Positions 12,101 to 27,600 are shown, numbered from the stretch's first letter. The stretch is 64,000 nucleotides of DNA from Tubiluchus corallicola (GCA_030141605.1 JAQGDQ010000199.1:62001-126000), one strand, 5' to 3'. The notes: generated by a model not told the origin, from the sequence alone. A program made the numbers and translations.

Positions 12101-15100
12101 CAAAGCCATTTTAACGGGGAGTCGTTTAAAACAAGCTTAAATAATAGTGCATAAAGTTTCAAAAAATAATCACAGCATTTGTAGCGCACAATTTATTAAC
12201 AAGTACAAGTTAAAATCACTGTATATTATCAATAAGATCAATAATACGTTTTTTTATGAATCAGTGGTGCACGCTGAGATGCGGATATTTTGCCATTTTA
12301 CCATATGGCAAGAATATTTTAAAGTATTAAAATCTGTCTTTCTTTTTCAATTACGAAAGTCTTTTAAACAGGTAAGTCTAATACTAAATAATATAATTTT
12401 GTATGGTTGTTCTTTGGGATTTACTTTAAAACTCCCTTTCATTCTGACTTTTAAGCACATAATGTACTACATGTGCTGTCACCAATAGTGAAATTATATC
12501 AAATTAGTTTTTCAAACCCAAAAGGTGCATAAGACAATTTTGTGGTAGTTTCCCCACAGCAATCTTACCACTAATTCATGCAGTATGGGATAATCATCAT
12601 CTCCCGGAAACAGAGCTTTCAGGACATAGTACTTATACTCGTAAAATGGTATCCCTCCTCCCCCGGTGTCACTGTTTGTCAGAATAGTCATTGCAGTCTG
12701 CAACTCAGCAAATGCTAAAATAAACAAAATATTGATTTTGATTTGCACAGTAAAAACAGCATACAACAGACTACACAGGCTGTTACGATCATGGCAATCC
12801 TTGCTTTAAACCTTCCAGCTCAAACTTCAACATCTCCAAATGTTAGCTTATTCTCGAAAAAATTATTACCAGCTAATTACGTAGATTAAATTTTTTGTGA
12901 TTAATTTAGAAGCTGAAATATCTCCTGGGGTACATAATTAATCGTTTAGAAGCTTGATTTTTGAAATTATTTAATAATCATCAAACCCACAATTAGCGAA
13001 AAAGCAGGAATGTCTAATTTTAAAAATTTAAAAGAATTTAAATATCATGAGCGTGTTCTATCATCAAAAACATAGCATAATTATTTAGTAATTAGTTTAG
13101 TCAGCATTAGGGTTAGATTTATAGTCACAAGACTGCGTGATTGTGTGACTCCTCAGCACATTTTATTCAAATGCAATAAAGTAGATAATACAAAAAGAAT
13201 GCGTTTCATAGAAATAGCTGATGCCAATTATACACGAAATATCATGCTTCAATATGATAAAAATTTAATAATGGCTTTACTAACCTGATGAGAGATAGTT
13301 TTATACTAAATAATTGTTAATTTAGACCCGCTCGAGTATACAAAAATAAATTATGTATGTGTATAAAGTTAATTCGTGTGTATAATACTTATGAATCATT
13401 TGAAATTAAATCTAATTTAAGTATAATATGTTATTCGTTGTACATGGTGTGAAACTGGAAATATTTTAAAGATTTGTTATATGAAAATGTAAATTGTCGA
13501 TCAGATCCTGCAAAAAGAGGCACCTTTATATATATATGTTCATTTCTTTAATAAAGATTTATTATTATTATAAAAAAATGTGTGATTTACTGATAAAGAT
13601 GTTGAACTTTTTCAAAAATTAAATATTTCAAGACTAAATAAAGTCAAAGCTCTATTTTGAAACTCGTTAGCATATCAAAAACATAGCAACACACATTCCA
13701 CAAACAAATGCGGTGTTTAAAGGAAAACAGGATGATTTTTCACATGCTTCCTCATTTTGAAGTACGGTAAAAAGTATACATTTTAACACCCATGATGATG
13801 CCAAAGTGTTTCTGATAATTAGATCATGGGTTAAAGACTTAATTAATGGCAGTGAGCCCAATTAGTTTTGACATCACAACTGAACACAATTTTCAACAGC
13901 ACAAACACTCCAAGAACCTGTTACATGTGTTTGCGAACTAACGCCTTCGAACTGAAAAGTACAGCATCTGTTTTTTGTGCAACGCTTTCTAAAATGCAGG
14001 CGCTAGTGCCTGTCTAACTAGAGAATGGTGAAATGCAAATAACAGCGAAGAACCAGTGGCACAAATCCTAAATTGTGCTTGTGCGGTAACAATTCTTTCA
14101 CACAAGTCGTTCATGAAAAAATAGTATATACTCTATAAATATTTTACAGCAGGGGTGTGCAAACTGCGGCCCGTGGGCCACTTGCGGCCCGCCAAGAGAT
14201 CTTGTGCGGCCCGCGAAGAGGTTTGTCAACGTAATGAAAGTGCGGACCACGCGATCCAGCTGAAGTCTGCACCATTGTCGCAAAGATAGTGCAGGTAGTT
14301 TTTTCCTCTAGATCGGATGGCATTAACACTTACAAAACCGTTGTCACCTTAATGTCACTGTCGGACATGACGAAAAATATGGTTTTTAATATAAATTTTA
14401 ATAACTTCTAAAATAGTTTCTTGAATGTAGTAGTGCAATAGTAATGATGTGACAGATCAGATGCAGAAAAATCGTTATTAGGTCCTACTGTACTTTGCTC
14501 CTTGACCAAACTGCATGGGGCCCACAGGAATTGCGGGAAAGTCTAATGTGGCCCGGTTAGTCAGATAATTTGCACACCCCTGCTTTACAGGGTACATTGT
14601 TTCGAGCTATAGTTTAAGATTGGGTCTAGTTTTCATCAATACAAAACAGTTTCACAAACAATACATACCATCCCTGCATTGATCAGCTACCTTTGCCTCC
14701 AGTTCATCCATCTCCCGCTGCATGTCTTTCAGTATACGATCGCTTTCCGACTTCTTACGATGATATTTCACCACGACGACCAGCACGGCGATGATGAGCA
14801 GAAACAGCACGGAACCGATGATGATGTATGCCCACCACGGCAGTACCGTCGCACCGCCATCATACTGCAGGTAGCCAATCACATGATGTGAAGTGTTCCC
14901 CATTATTACCTGTAGCTCGGTGGAAGCAAAAATATATTAAGAAATAGTTTACACTAGGCTACAAAAATGAGATAAGCCAACTCATTGCCACCATTTTTTT
15001 TTAAAAAAATAAAAAAAGGGCATTTATTTTAGCTTTTATCAAAAGAAAAGTTGATAATGTCAAGCAGTTTTTTTTTTACAGACTTAGTAAAAGCTGAGAC

Positions 15101-15573
15101 ACAACAAATAATTTAGAAAAATTTAACGTAGCTTAGCACAGCACAAGTAGTTATAGAAAACAAACAGCAGAATGAAATGGGGCTCTACGCCACATTAAAT
15201 ACGAATAACTACAATGGACAAAGCCTCCAATGGCAAAGAGGCACAGCACGGTTGGGGGTTTGCCTAGAGTAACAACGACAGCATCATCAACTTTTTATGA
15301 CACGAATAAACAACAGAAAGTAAATAAAACAGAGTTTAGTAAGCAAATAACACAAACAAGTTAAGATGCAAAAACTTGTCAACAATCAGTAGTTCAATGC
15401 CACTAGGGCTAATCACACAGTAACTGCTTTTCTTATTCATAATGCGTAATCTCAAAGATAACATTTTGTACTACATTGATACCTGATGAATCAAACTGAA
15501 TTAATTCCCATCAATCAGTCCAAATCCTATGCCTATGAAAATACACTGAAATGCTTGCATAATATACAGTTAT

Positions 15574-15634
<61 letters not shown>

Positions 15635-18600
15635 GGTGGTGGTGGTGTTAGTGGCAGCAGTGTTGGTGGCGATTATGGTAATTATAGTGATGACGATGAT
15701 GATATTAATGACGACGATGATGAAAAGGACAACGATGACAAAAACGAAGATGCAATGACAATGATAAAGATGAAATTTAATCGACACTATTCCGAAGAAA
15801 TAGAAAGCACAACACAATTCTAACGCACTAACCACGACTTCTGGTAGATCTTTGGCTTCTTCAGCATCGGGTTTGTGATACGGACCGGGTGATGGCTGTT
15901 CCGCTGGTGGGATGCAATTTAGCAGCTTCCGTGCCACTTCAACGATGTCGCACTGCTCGGTGCCGATTCTCACCTCGAAGAACTCCTTCCTGTTGCAGAC
16001 TTCACAGTAATTCTCTATCTGCATGTAATAAAGGTGAAAAATCTGCTAACATCGATTTAACCAGAGTTGCGAAGGAAGTTAGTTCCTGGAACAAAGTTCC
16101 CGGAAATACTTCCTTCTTCAGGAGCTTGGAACTGGTTCCTCTTTTAAATAAAAAAAGCTAAATTAGTTCCTCCTGTTACAGAGGAACTTGGAACTGCAAC
16201 TTGTAGCCTTCTAAGCTCCACCTAGAGTTAGCTTTCATAAATTTTCACCTTTCTTTTCATCCTTGCTTTCCTTGGCTATAGCATTAGCTTAGCTAGGAAG
16301 AATTTCTTGTTGTCGGGAACATTTATTTTAGTTTGTTTGTAGGGACCATTCTGGCCATAATAGACACAGCTGTACAGCAATGGCGTCGTGCTATAGGGGC
16401 CCGGGCCCCTAATTTTTTAGAAAATGTCAAAGAGAGAAACATGAGAACTCGACGGCAAACGGTAAGCAAGTTTATTTCCGACTTTTTGACACACAATAGC
16501 GGGCCAGCGCTTCATAAATGCGAACAGTGTGAGCGTTTCGGTACAGTAGCCCAATAATATTTTTATCATTAAAGTTTGTAATACTTAATTAAATTTTAAT
16601 TAAATTTTTAATTTTAATTAAGTTTCCGTTGCTATAGCTTTAAGTTAAATGCCAGTTGGGAATAAATAAATCGTTTTTCTTGCACGCAAAATACTGTTTG
16701 GGAATTCAAAATTATATGTTTTTTAAACAGTTAAGTTCCGCCATTATATACAGTCGGGCCCCCCTAATTTTTTCGGTGCACGACGCCCCTGCTGTACAGT
16801 AAACAGGTACTAAATTAAGTTTCTTTTGGTACATAGGAACTTGACAAAGGAAGTAGATCCGGATTAGTTCCATTTTTCACAGAGAAATTTGGAACAGGAA
16901 TTACTTTCTTTTCCAACCAGAGATCCAGAAACTGAAACTAAATAATTTATGAATAAATGGTTTTACCAAAACGCTTGTGATTTAAGAATCACTAACAGTA
17001 TTTCAGGGTAAATGTCTTACTTAAAAGCTGTAATGTGTGAACAGACCTTTATCGCTAGGAGTTCGCCTGGTCCGCTGTTGTACTGCTTGATGCGACCATC
17101 TTCAGTCGCTTCAAATTCGTATACAATCGGCTCAGGATAGAGAACAAACTTCTCCAATTCTTCTTGTTTCATGGAGATATTTTGTACAGACTGGACACCA
17201 TCCATGATGAAGCCATACTCTAGCTCCACCTATTGAGAAAAAAGCAAAATGTGAAATACAGCACAACATACTTTTAAACCATTCTCTATTTAATCATAAA
17301 AAATATTATGAAAAAAAGAGAGAAACTTTAGCTGGACAAATTAGCACAACGTCAAAAATGACACAAACTGCCAGCAGACCTACCACCCGCTTTCAGTGGC
17401 TACTGCAATCTAGCAAATGCTTATAAAACAGCAACATCAGAAATGACTAACACACAATAATCAAAAAATATTATATAAAATTAGCTCAAAGACAAATTTG
17501 TACTAATGAACTGAATATTTTTGACATAAAATCAAGTTCTACATTACTTTGCACATTATTTTATGCGACTAACCTTTAAAAACTTCAACAAAGAAAGTTC
17601 ATGTATGCCGGCAATGCAGGCTCTTCATTATAACTGTGAGTTAAGTAAAGACAGGGTTCAACTGCATACTTGATCTGTAACTAACTTAAATTACACCATA
17701 GTTATACATACCCCGCCATCATACAGTCGAAACGATGGAACCGCAGACGCAGGTATAGTTGGTGACAAACACACCATCAAGTGACTTCCGTTCACCTGAC
17801 ATGGCTAAAGAAAACTACCCGTCACAACAAGTACATTACAGTGTGTTCAGACTAGACAGCAAAGCTTAACTATCACTACATACAGTGCAACACAATTGTT
17901 AGAAAATTTTCTATTAAATACAATGGTCCTTACATATGGAATTGCTCCAGCTATTAAAAATGCCAACTCGCTGTACATATTTAAAAAAAATTATAAATTA
18001 AACTTACTTGAAACATATAACTGATCACTCAATCATGATTTGTTGTTTTTCATTTTCAAAAACTCCCCCTCTAGTATAATAATATTTTTATTACTTCCCA
18101 CCCGTATATATATTTGTATATATTGTAATATTGTATCTGTATATATTGTAATTTTTTTCGTAACTAATTCTAGTGGCCTACCATAAGCAAGCTTCTTAGG
18201 TCTCTAGCGCAGAATTCATGAATTGTATCATATTTTTGTATTAACGAAAACTGATTATCGATGCACATGTAATGTATATGTTTATTGCGAAATAAATTAA
18301 ATCTAAATCTAAATCTAAAATCTAAAATTGTTGAGAGTTACTCTCTGATAGTAAAAATGAACTGACACTCACTTCTCTATACACTGTCGAGAGTGTCAAG
18401 AATAACAAGCAGAGTCGTTCACACTAGACAGTAAAGCGACTCGCAGCAACTGTTGGAGAGTTTACAATCTCTTGCCAACAGTAACTTGCAAAGCAGCTCA
18501 CACTTACGAGTTTACAGTCAAAATGAAAAAACTACCGACAGAAAACTCGCTAGTCATTAGACAAAAAACTGTGAAATTTTTAGATAAATTTTGAAAAATA

Positions 18601-21600
18601 TGCACGAAGTAAATTAGTTTAAACGAATCTTAAAAAGCTAGCTAGAAACTCTTTGATCCCAAACATTTACTATTCCCTCTAGAGAACATCATCAGATATA
18701 TTAAACTACAAAAATCGAGCTTTTATATATCCAATACTTGAATGAATTTCAAAAATGTAGTGAAAGTATAAAGTGTACACAATAGTATAAAAATCAATAA
18801 TCTTGCACAACAGAAAAGCGTAGTACATTTAGTAAGTGTCTCTTAAAAATTGCTTTTTCATAAGTTTACAAATACAGTGCAGTAGTTGCGGTCTGTATTG
18901 AGGAAGACAAACCAGAAAGAACAAGCAAATGAAAAGTTGGCACATATACTATTGGCATGGTAAATGAACTGTTCCCGCATTTAATCATTTAGCAAACAAA
19001 AGCTGTTTAGCTATAACTCAAAAACCACTAAAACTATAAAGTTGTAACTTTCACAGCCAATACATCATGTATTGTAATATCATCTAATTCTGTGTGAAAT
19101 TCTAACTTTGTAGGAGTCTTGCTAGAACATATATTATTGAAGTCCAAACTTCGGCACGTTTCTTCTGTGCCATGCGACATACATTGTATTTATATTTAAA
19201 TTGAGTTTAATAAAACACATTTTTTTCTACATACCCCGTGGTACTGAATGTTGTCAAGAAGCACATAGATTATAGGTTGTTGAATCGCGTCAAATCCTTC
19301 TCCTTCAACAAGCAACATCACGCCTCCACTGTAAAACAGTAAAACAGTTATAATTCCACACAACAAACAAGTAAACACTGATATAATTATAAATCGGTAT
19401 ATTTAAACACTAATTTATGTCGGTTAAACCTACTGGCAATTCCGAACAAAATCGAAGCTGTTTTAGCAGTTGCACGGCAAGAAATTCAATTCAATTCAAT
19501 TTCATTTTCCCAATAGCAGTTAAAATTCGTCATAATATGGAACTTCATATCAAATAGAATAAGTAATGGCACATCTGACATCATGCAATGTATTACGCTT
19601 TAATACTAACATTAAGATTATGTAACAATTGAACTGAGAAACTTGTTAGCACAGTCATTATTATTATCATTATCATTGTCACTGTCAATGTCACTGTCAC
19701 TGTTGCTGTCACTATCATTGTCACTGTCACTGACACTGCAACTGTCACTGTCACTGTCACTGTCATTGTCATTATCATTATTATTATCATTATTATTGTT
19801 GTTATACTTACAGTAACTACCCTACTTGCAAACAAGTTACATTCCGGAAAGCTGTACTTATACTGAATATGTTATGAGTCGTTATTGCTAGAGCACAAGC
19901 AAACACATGTTATTTTTCTATTGAAACGTGATAGGCTACTAGGATCAATGAACCTACGTAATACTACTGAAAGCTACTATGGGCGAGTCACGTGCTATAA
20001 ATTCTGCAGTTGATGTAAATGTCAGTGAAAAATTTTACAACGTCATAAAAATATGTCACGATCGCCGTTATAGACAGTGCTGTTAAGCTAAACCAGTGAG
20101 CTTGCCATCATTATTTTGATGCGTGTACGTCTGTTCGTATGTCCATAAGTCGGAGGTTCATAAGTAGGGTAATGACTGTATTGTTATTTAGCAGTAGTAG
20201 TAGTATTAGCACACAAGGTACTATATTTAACATTTAGCCTGTAAAATATAATTTTAACTTTCCATTAAAACTACATTAACTAAGTCAGATAACATGTCTG
20301 ATTCATACAACAATAATTTATTTTTCTCAACACCGGTTATCAGACAGTTACTGATGTTTAAAGGAAAAGCTACGACATCAAATTATTGATATTATTGATA
20401 TTGATTACTGATATTGATTAAACATCTGTTAAGCAAATTATGCTCTGCCTATCTTAGAACCATCCTCTAAAGCCATTGCCTTTGACCCTTAGTCAAGCAG
20501 GTAAAAGATAAAGCAATTATACGCACCTTGGAATACCGCCTGGTGCTTTACCAGTACCAACAGGGGGAGACACTCGAGTTACATTCGGGTCATTTTTGTA
20601 CTCAAACTGCTCAGACTGGTAAGCTATCCGAGCATGGTCCACGCTGACAGCAACGGTACCAATGACAGCATCTGGTGCAGCAGAGGTGACACACTGCAAA
20701 TTCGTCACGTTTCTTGCCCTAAACACAACACAACACTTTAGTACCAAAAAATTACACCAAAAAGGTTATTTACTTATCAAAAAAGTCACCTATGTCTCAT
20801 CTCACTGCACATTAGTAGAGGAACAGCAGCACCAATAACACACCATTAAAAATGATAATTTACACAAACAATGATCTTAATATACTTGTAGGTGTTTTTT
20901 ATAGACAAGTGAATTAGGCCCTGTAGGCTCTACAGACTTTTCATCCTTTGTACTGTGTATGTCAATTTAGTAACTACTTCTTAGCTTGAAGTTTCAAGCC
21001 ACAACAAGCCACTGTTTATACCCTGTTTATACCACACATGGGAAGTTTGGAATATCATGTAAAGTAACACAAAACAATAAATTCTAAAACTAATTTTATT
21101 GATAATAGAGGATTTAATTACAATACAATTCTATCAATCGTAGGAGCTGGCGTACAAAATATTTCAAAGTTAAGCCAAAATAAAAATAATAAAAATTTGT
21201 TTCAAAGCCAAATTCAGAAAAATTCGTTAACCCGAAGTAAAAAAGAGATATAAACCGTAAATAAAGCCTAAATAACTCCGCCATAGCCGGTCCCAAGCCC
21301 GGTTGAGAGAGGAGGAGGGCTTGGCGTAGGATTAGCACCCCTACCCTGTAAAAACTTTTGACTGCTACAGAAATGGACAGAAACAAACCTACTGTCTGCC
21401 CAATGTACCTCCGTGCACGGGAAGGACTAAGGTCTAAGGTAAGGGAAGAGGATTTAATTATCTTGTCCTTTAAAGTAAAAGCCCAGCCTCACCACAAAAG
21501 TTTAAGAAACACGTGCTGAAATGATATTCCTTCTGTAAAATAATGAATTAATTAGCTAAGAAATTAATCAGTTTTACTTACGCCAATTGCTTTATACACG

Positions 21601-24600
21601 CAATTCAGCGATCGTGCAAAACATTCATTGATGAAGTCATGGCAGAAAACTTAAAATGACTGCCACCATCGCTTGTTGTTTTAATACATCTCCCTGCTAC
21701 ACAAATTCTTTCGCATTTTGCGCACGTATAATGTAGAAAAAAGTTACACAAACACGAAAACAAAATTTTGTACTTCCAAAAAGTTTAACACGCGGCAGCT
21801 CGCCAGCCCGATCGGTTGCGTCACCACAGTAAGCAAAACACAGGCAGAGACATCCCATAATGCTTTTCGGACAATCATCTTCATCCTGCCATGACATCAC
21901 TCACCACATGTAAGTGGAGTTTAGAGAGTGCAGATACAGCACAGCAAATGTTCAAACTGATGAGATCTAATGTGTTTTATTAATTCACGTAGTTGCACGC
22001 TTAACAACAGGGTACTAAATTTAATTATTTCCTTTCTGCTTAAGTTGTTGGCTTTCATAAATATAAAAAAATGACTGGGCATTTACTTTAATAATTGTAA
22101 TAACTAACATTTACTTAACGATCGACAGGTGACAATGTTGGATATTTTAATGTCAAGAAACAAACCATTACTAACTTCAGGATACAGGGCAGCACTAGCG
22201 GTGCAGACTTAGACAACACCGCATTCGTAGGATTTCCAGTAATTGTCACAGAAGCTGATGATCCAGCATTGAGATGGTTACCGGTAACTGTTATTATTGT
22301 TCCACCTGACTTCGGTCCTATCAGCGGCTCCACATTAGTTAAAACCGGATCCTAAAGCAATCACAGCTGAGACCAAGCAATTATCATAAACAGCAATACT
22401 GTATCATATTAGAAAAACATCCTTACAATGTATTTGTTAATAGTAGAAATTAGTTCTAATATTTCAAACATAAATGAACATTGTGTAATTTATTAAGTGC
22501 ATACATAATGTATATACAAGTACTTATTAACTTACAACGTATTGAAATAGATCCTGCGATTTGGCTTGGTAACTGATGTGTTTTGTTACCGTGACAACCA
22601 CTGGGCCTTCGTTAATAAGTTCATTTCCACTGACATTGGTTTGACAGACAATTCTAAAATTTAAAAAAAATCATAAATCAGAGTGTATAGTGACATTTGA
22701 GACAATCTGTATCTATATTGATGTTTAATTATTATGCAAATGAATTGCAAATTTCAGTTACATGTAAATCAAAATAACAATTTCAGCACTCGCTCTAGAT
22801 AAGTGGTTTCATTCGCCATACCGATTCTGACTGCTTACATCCTTGAGGAAGAACATATACACATCCAAACCAGACTGAAGTACCTCTTCTGGTTCACTGG
22901 CTCACATTAAAAGCACTGTTTTGATAATAAGCCAGTATTCGGTCGCAGCTACAACCATCCAATTCGAGCAGGACCTGGTGTTAAATGCTGGATTCCGTCT
23001 TACAGTGTACCAAATTATATAAAAAGGTTTTAATTTGCCTTTAAATCTGATAGCAGTATTGCATCTCTGAATACAAAAAAAGCGGATTTGCTTAAATTAA
23101 TTAAAACTGAACTTGGACGACATAATTGTACCTTCTAGTAGGCATGTATAGTGACTCAAACGCCAAGCAAGGTCGTCCTGCGACCGTCACGCCATCCGCA
23201 ATGTCTTGAAAGTGGATACCCAAATTGTTTCCGGATATTGTCACATTTGTACCGCCCTGTCTGGGGCCAGTAAGTGGCGAAAACTAAAAATGCAAGAAGA
23301 TAAGAAAGAGATGTAGGAAATGAGAATTTTCATAATCGTGAACTAACAACGACCCTTCAAATGATCTCAAACTGCAATGCTGCACAATCAATATCTAAAA
23401 ATCAAAAGCCAGTAATGCAAAAGCATCCACTTTTCTAAATTTCAAGCAGCTAAAAGTTAAGAAAAAATAATTTATATATTTGAAATTGATTTACATTTAA
23501 TCACACATTTACAAATAATCAAAGAAAAATTGCTAAGTGGTCACGGCGCATGCTTATTAACTAAAGTTAAGCAACACTGTGCTTGATTAGAAAACAGATA
23601 ATCACCAATTACCCAAACTATCTTAAGACCGTGTTAAGCCATGATAAACATAGTGGAAGGCCATGTTGAGCTGTGACAATTTTCTCACAGCTTTGTCAAT
23701 TAACTCTTCATCATTACAACTTTTTCCAAAAACACTTCGGATCCTGCAGTATTAGAAAGGTACGGATAAGAAAAACATTCTTCTACAAAATATTTCAACG
23801 AAAGCCCGCCTACCTCGCGAATAACTGGATTAGGACAGACAGTGCTGTTTCCGTTACGTAACCACTGTCCTGGCGGACACTGCCGTTCTATTTCGCACTG
23901 TTCTGACGCCATGCACCAACCGCAACCATATTTGACGTTCTCCAGCAGGCACAGGCCGCATTGTTCCTGCATTGCATTGCACTTGTACACTATTACTAAA
24001 ACGAGAAAAGTAAATTATAGTTATCGATACACAAGAAATGTTTTTCAACAAACAAACATTATTTACAATTCATTATTTCGGTAATAAAGAAGTAGCCGTA
24101 TAGTATACTGTGGCACTGCCCTAGTGTCCATGCCCAGACACTTGGTTTGACTTTAAAATTGACTTGGTTACGTTTTTCTTGACAAATGATTTACTGCTGA
24201 CACCAAGGTATATTAACCTACCACTGTTTAGCTTATCATAGTAGTATAGTCAAACTGATTCTTCGCCAGGTATTTTCGTCTGCTTCCATTTCCTATCTTG
24301 AAATTTTAAGCTTTTTAGGACAGCCTGACCATCTGCTTACCAGGATCCAGTACTACTGAGCTGGCCTTGCTTACCGTAAATGGTTGTGGAGGGACCAGAA
24401 TCTTGCTGAATACAGTGACTAAGAGGAGACACAAAACCAAAAGATTGCCGTACTTACTACAAATGCAAATAGATCCTTGCTCAATGAGAAGCAGTCAGAT
24501 ACAGTATAGTAAACGACATCAGCAGAAACAATTTTCCTGAAATCACGCATCTAATTGCTGACAAAGTTTGATGCTGCTTAACTTTGGTCGTTAAATGCAA

Positions 24601-27600
24601 ACAATCACACTCGGCTATTCTCCTTGTGCAGAATCACACCAGCGACACTAACAAATTACAAGTTGTACACTGACCAACGTCCACTACTACACGTGTCCAA
24701 TGTCGACTAAATATGAAAAAAATGAAAACGTAGCGTTTTACCGGTAATGTTGCCTGGATTGTCCAGCTGCTTCCCGCCATTCCACAAAACCACAAATTCA
24801 GCTCTCACTTCCTTCAAATTTCTCGAATGCCGAAACTAAAAAAATGCAACCAAAAATTCAACCAATCATGTGACACCATTCGGCTACAACATCATTTACA
24901 TTTCAGAAGCTAGGGAACAGCTTAAAAATCTAATAATCACAGTTGTTCTACAAAGTACCCGCTGCAAATGGAGGTAAAGAAATGAGTTTGAAACATAACT
25001 GGAATAATTTTACACATATGACCTAATACATTACATATATTATTTATGTACAAGTTAAAAAAATAAAAATAATGAACTAAAAAAATAAAAAAGATAGAGA
25101 TACTTTGCAAAAAGATTACAAAATGAGGGTGCAGTCATAAACTATTAACATGAAAACTCTACAGTAAATAAATAAATTTTAGTTTATAATAGAATAAAGT
25201 AAAATAAATAATATGAAATTTAATTAATAATGAGCAAACCATTGTTGGTTCACAGTGAATCAAACCAGTAGTTTCAGATGTTTGATTATAGGTGGCATTC
25301 ACTCTCAATGTGTTGTCGTGACCCAAGTAGAACTGACATTTTAACGTCTCTGGATCAAACAGTCCGGAAAGAACTCCCATGTTCTGAAAACAAATTTTAT
25401 GTTCTAGAAATAGATTTATAAATAAATTTTATACTCCGGAAACAGATTTTCTAATCTAGAACAAATATTTTGTTCAACGAATGTACAGGTAGTTGTCGAG
25501 TTACGATCTTTGCGACTTACGACTGTTGACTCTACGACCCGACCGCAACTTAATTAGTTAATTATACAAATTCAACTACAACCTATATTACCTACTATTT
25601 TTTTAAACAAATTGTTTCGATAACTCATCTAAGCACCACCATACTTAACGAACGTACACAAAGAAGGTCTTGTGTGTAGGGGTGCACAGCGTGAGCATAC
25701 GGGTCAAAATTGCGTCCAATTCGTCTTACGACCAATCCGCCAGAACATATTGTGGTCGTGAGACGACGACTGGTCGTAAGATGATAAATATATTATATAA
25801 AAAGATTTCAGGTTCAAAACTTAGTAAACAGATTTCATGTTTTAACATTCTAAAACCAGATTTTATGCCATAGACGTAGATTCTGTAAACAAATTTTTAT
25901 GTTACAAAAACACCTTTTATGTACTAGAAACAGATTTTATGGGGTACAAATAAATTCTATAATGACCAATTTTGTGTTATAAAAACACCTTCTTCATTCC
26001 AGAAACACATTCTACAAACAGATTTGATGTTCTAAAACAGATTTTATGTGGTAGATTAGGTTCTATAAATGCACTTCATGTTCTAAAAGTACATTCTACG
26101 TTCTAGAAATACATTCTACAAATAGATTTCATGTTCTAAAACAGATTTTATATGGTAGAATTAGGTTCTATAAACATACTTCATGTTCTAAACGTACAGT
26201 CTTATGTTCTAGAAACACATTTTACAAACAGATTTCATGTTCTAAAACAGATTTTATGTGGTAGAATTAGGTTCTATAAACATACTTCATGTTCTAAACG
26301 TACATTCTACATTCTAGAAACAGATTCTACAAACAGATTTCATGTTCTAAAACAGATTTTATGTGGTAGAATTAGGTTCTATAAACATACTTCATGTTCT
26401 AAACGTACATTCGACAGTCTAGAAACAGATTCTACAAACAGATTTCACGTTCTAAAACAGATGTTATGTGGTAGAATTAGGTTCTATAAACATACTTCAT
26501 GTTCTAAACGTACTTTCTACGTTCTAGAAACAGATTCTGCAAACAGATTTCACTTTCTAAACACAATTTCAATATACTAAGTTTTTCAGTATGCTTAATC
26601 TGTTGTAAGTGACCCAACTTCTAGGTGACCTTGTTTTAAGTCGTCACTCACCTCAGCCAGAGCAGTGACCGCTAATAATTCACCAGAGGCAACCAACCAA
26701 TCATCCATGCCGCTCGGAGCTATCCGTGGACAATGCTCCACCCCTACATACAGTCCCCGCTCGTCACTCTCTTTACCATATATGACATAGGGGTCGGTTT
26801 TACAGCGCTCAATGCTGTGAGTACATAAGGATGAAGTGATGCACCAGCTACATCCAAACTCATTACCTGTGCACGCTGTACAACTGTAATGAAATAAGTT
26901 AAGTTAGTAAAAGCAGACAGATTTCTCACCGCTTTGGAGAAATTTAGCGAACAATATCACAAACAAACATCAGATAATATCAGTGTTGCCGTTTATACGA
27001 TCATTAACGGAAATAACGATAATTTGAGGCTTCATAACGTCTAAAAAAGAGCATATGATAATCAGCAATCATACGATAATTTTTGGCTTTATAACGTCTA
27101 AAAAGATCGTACAATAATCGGTCATCATACAATAGTTTGAGGCTGCAGAATGTCTAAAAAAGACCGTACGATTACCGGTAATCATACGATTCAGTACATC
27201 TAAAAAAGATCGTACGATAATCGCTGATCATATGATCATTTGAGGCTTCAGAATGTCTAAAAAAGACCGTACGATAACCGCTGATCATATGATCATTTGA
27301 GGCTTCAGAATGTCTAAAAAAGACTGTACGATAATCGCTGATCATATGATCATTTGAGGCTTCAGAATGTCTAAAAAAGACTGTACGATAATCGCTGATC
27401 ATATGATCATTTGAGGCTTCAGAATGTCTAAAAAAGACTGTACGATAATCGCTGATCATATGATAATTTAAGGGTTCAGAGTGTCTAAAAAAGACCGCAC
27501 AATAATCACTGATCATATGATAATTTAAGGATTCAGAGTGTCTAAAAAAGACCGTACAATAATCACTGATCATATGATAATTTGAGGCTTCAGAATGTCT

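Noticed and set aside
18508-18531. Second possible 24-nt microexon ending at a GTAAGT
   Set aside because: Weak acceptor and T-rich intron-like content
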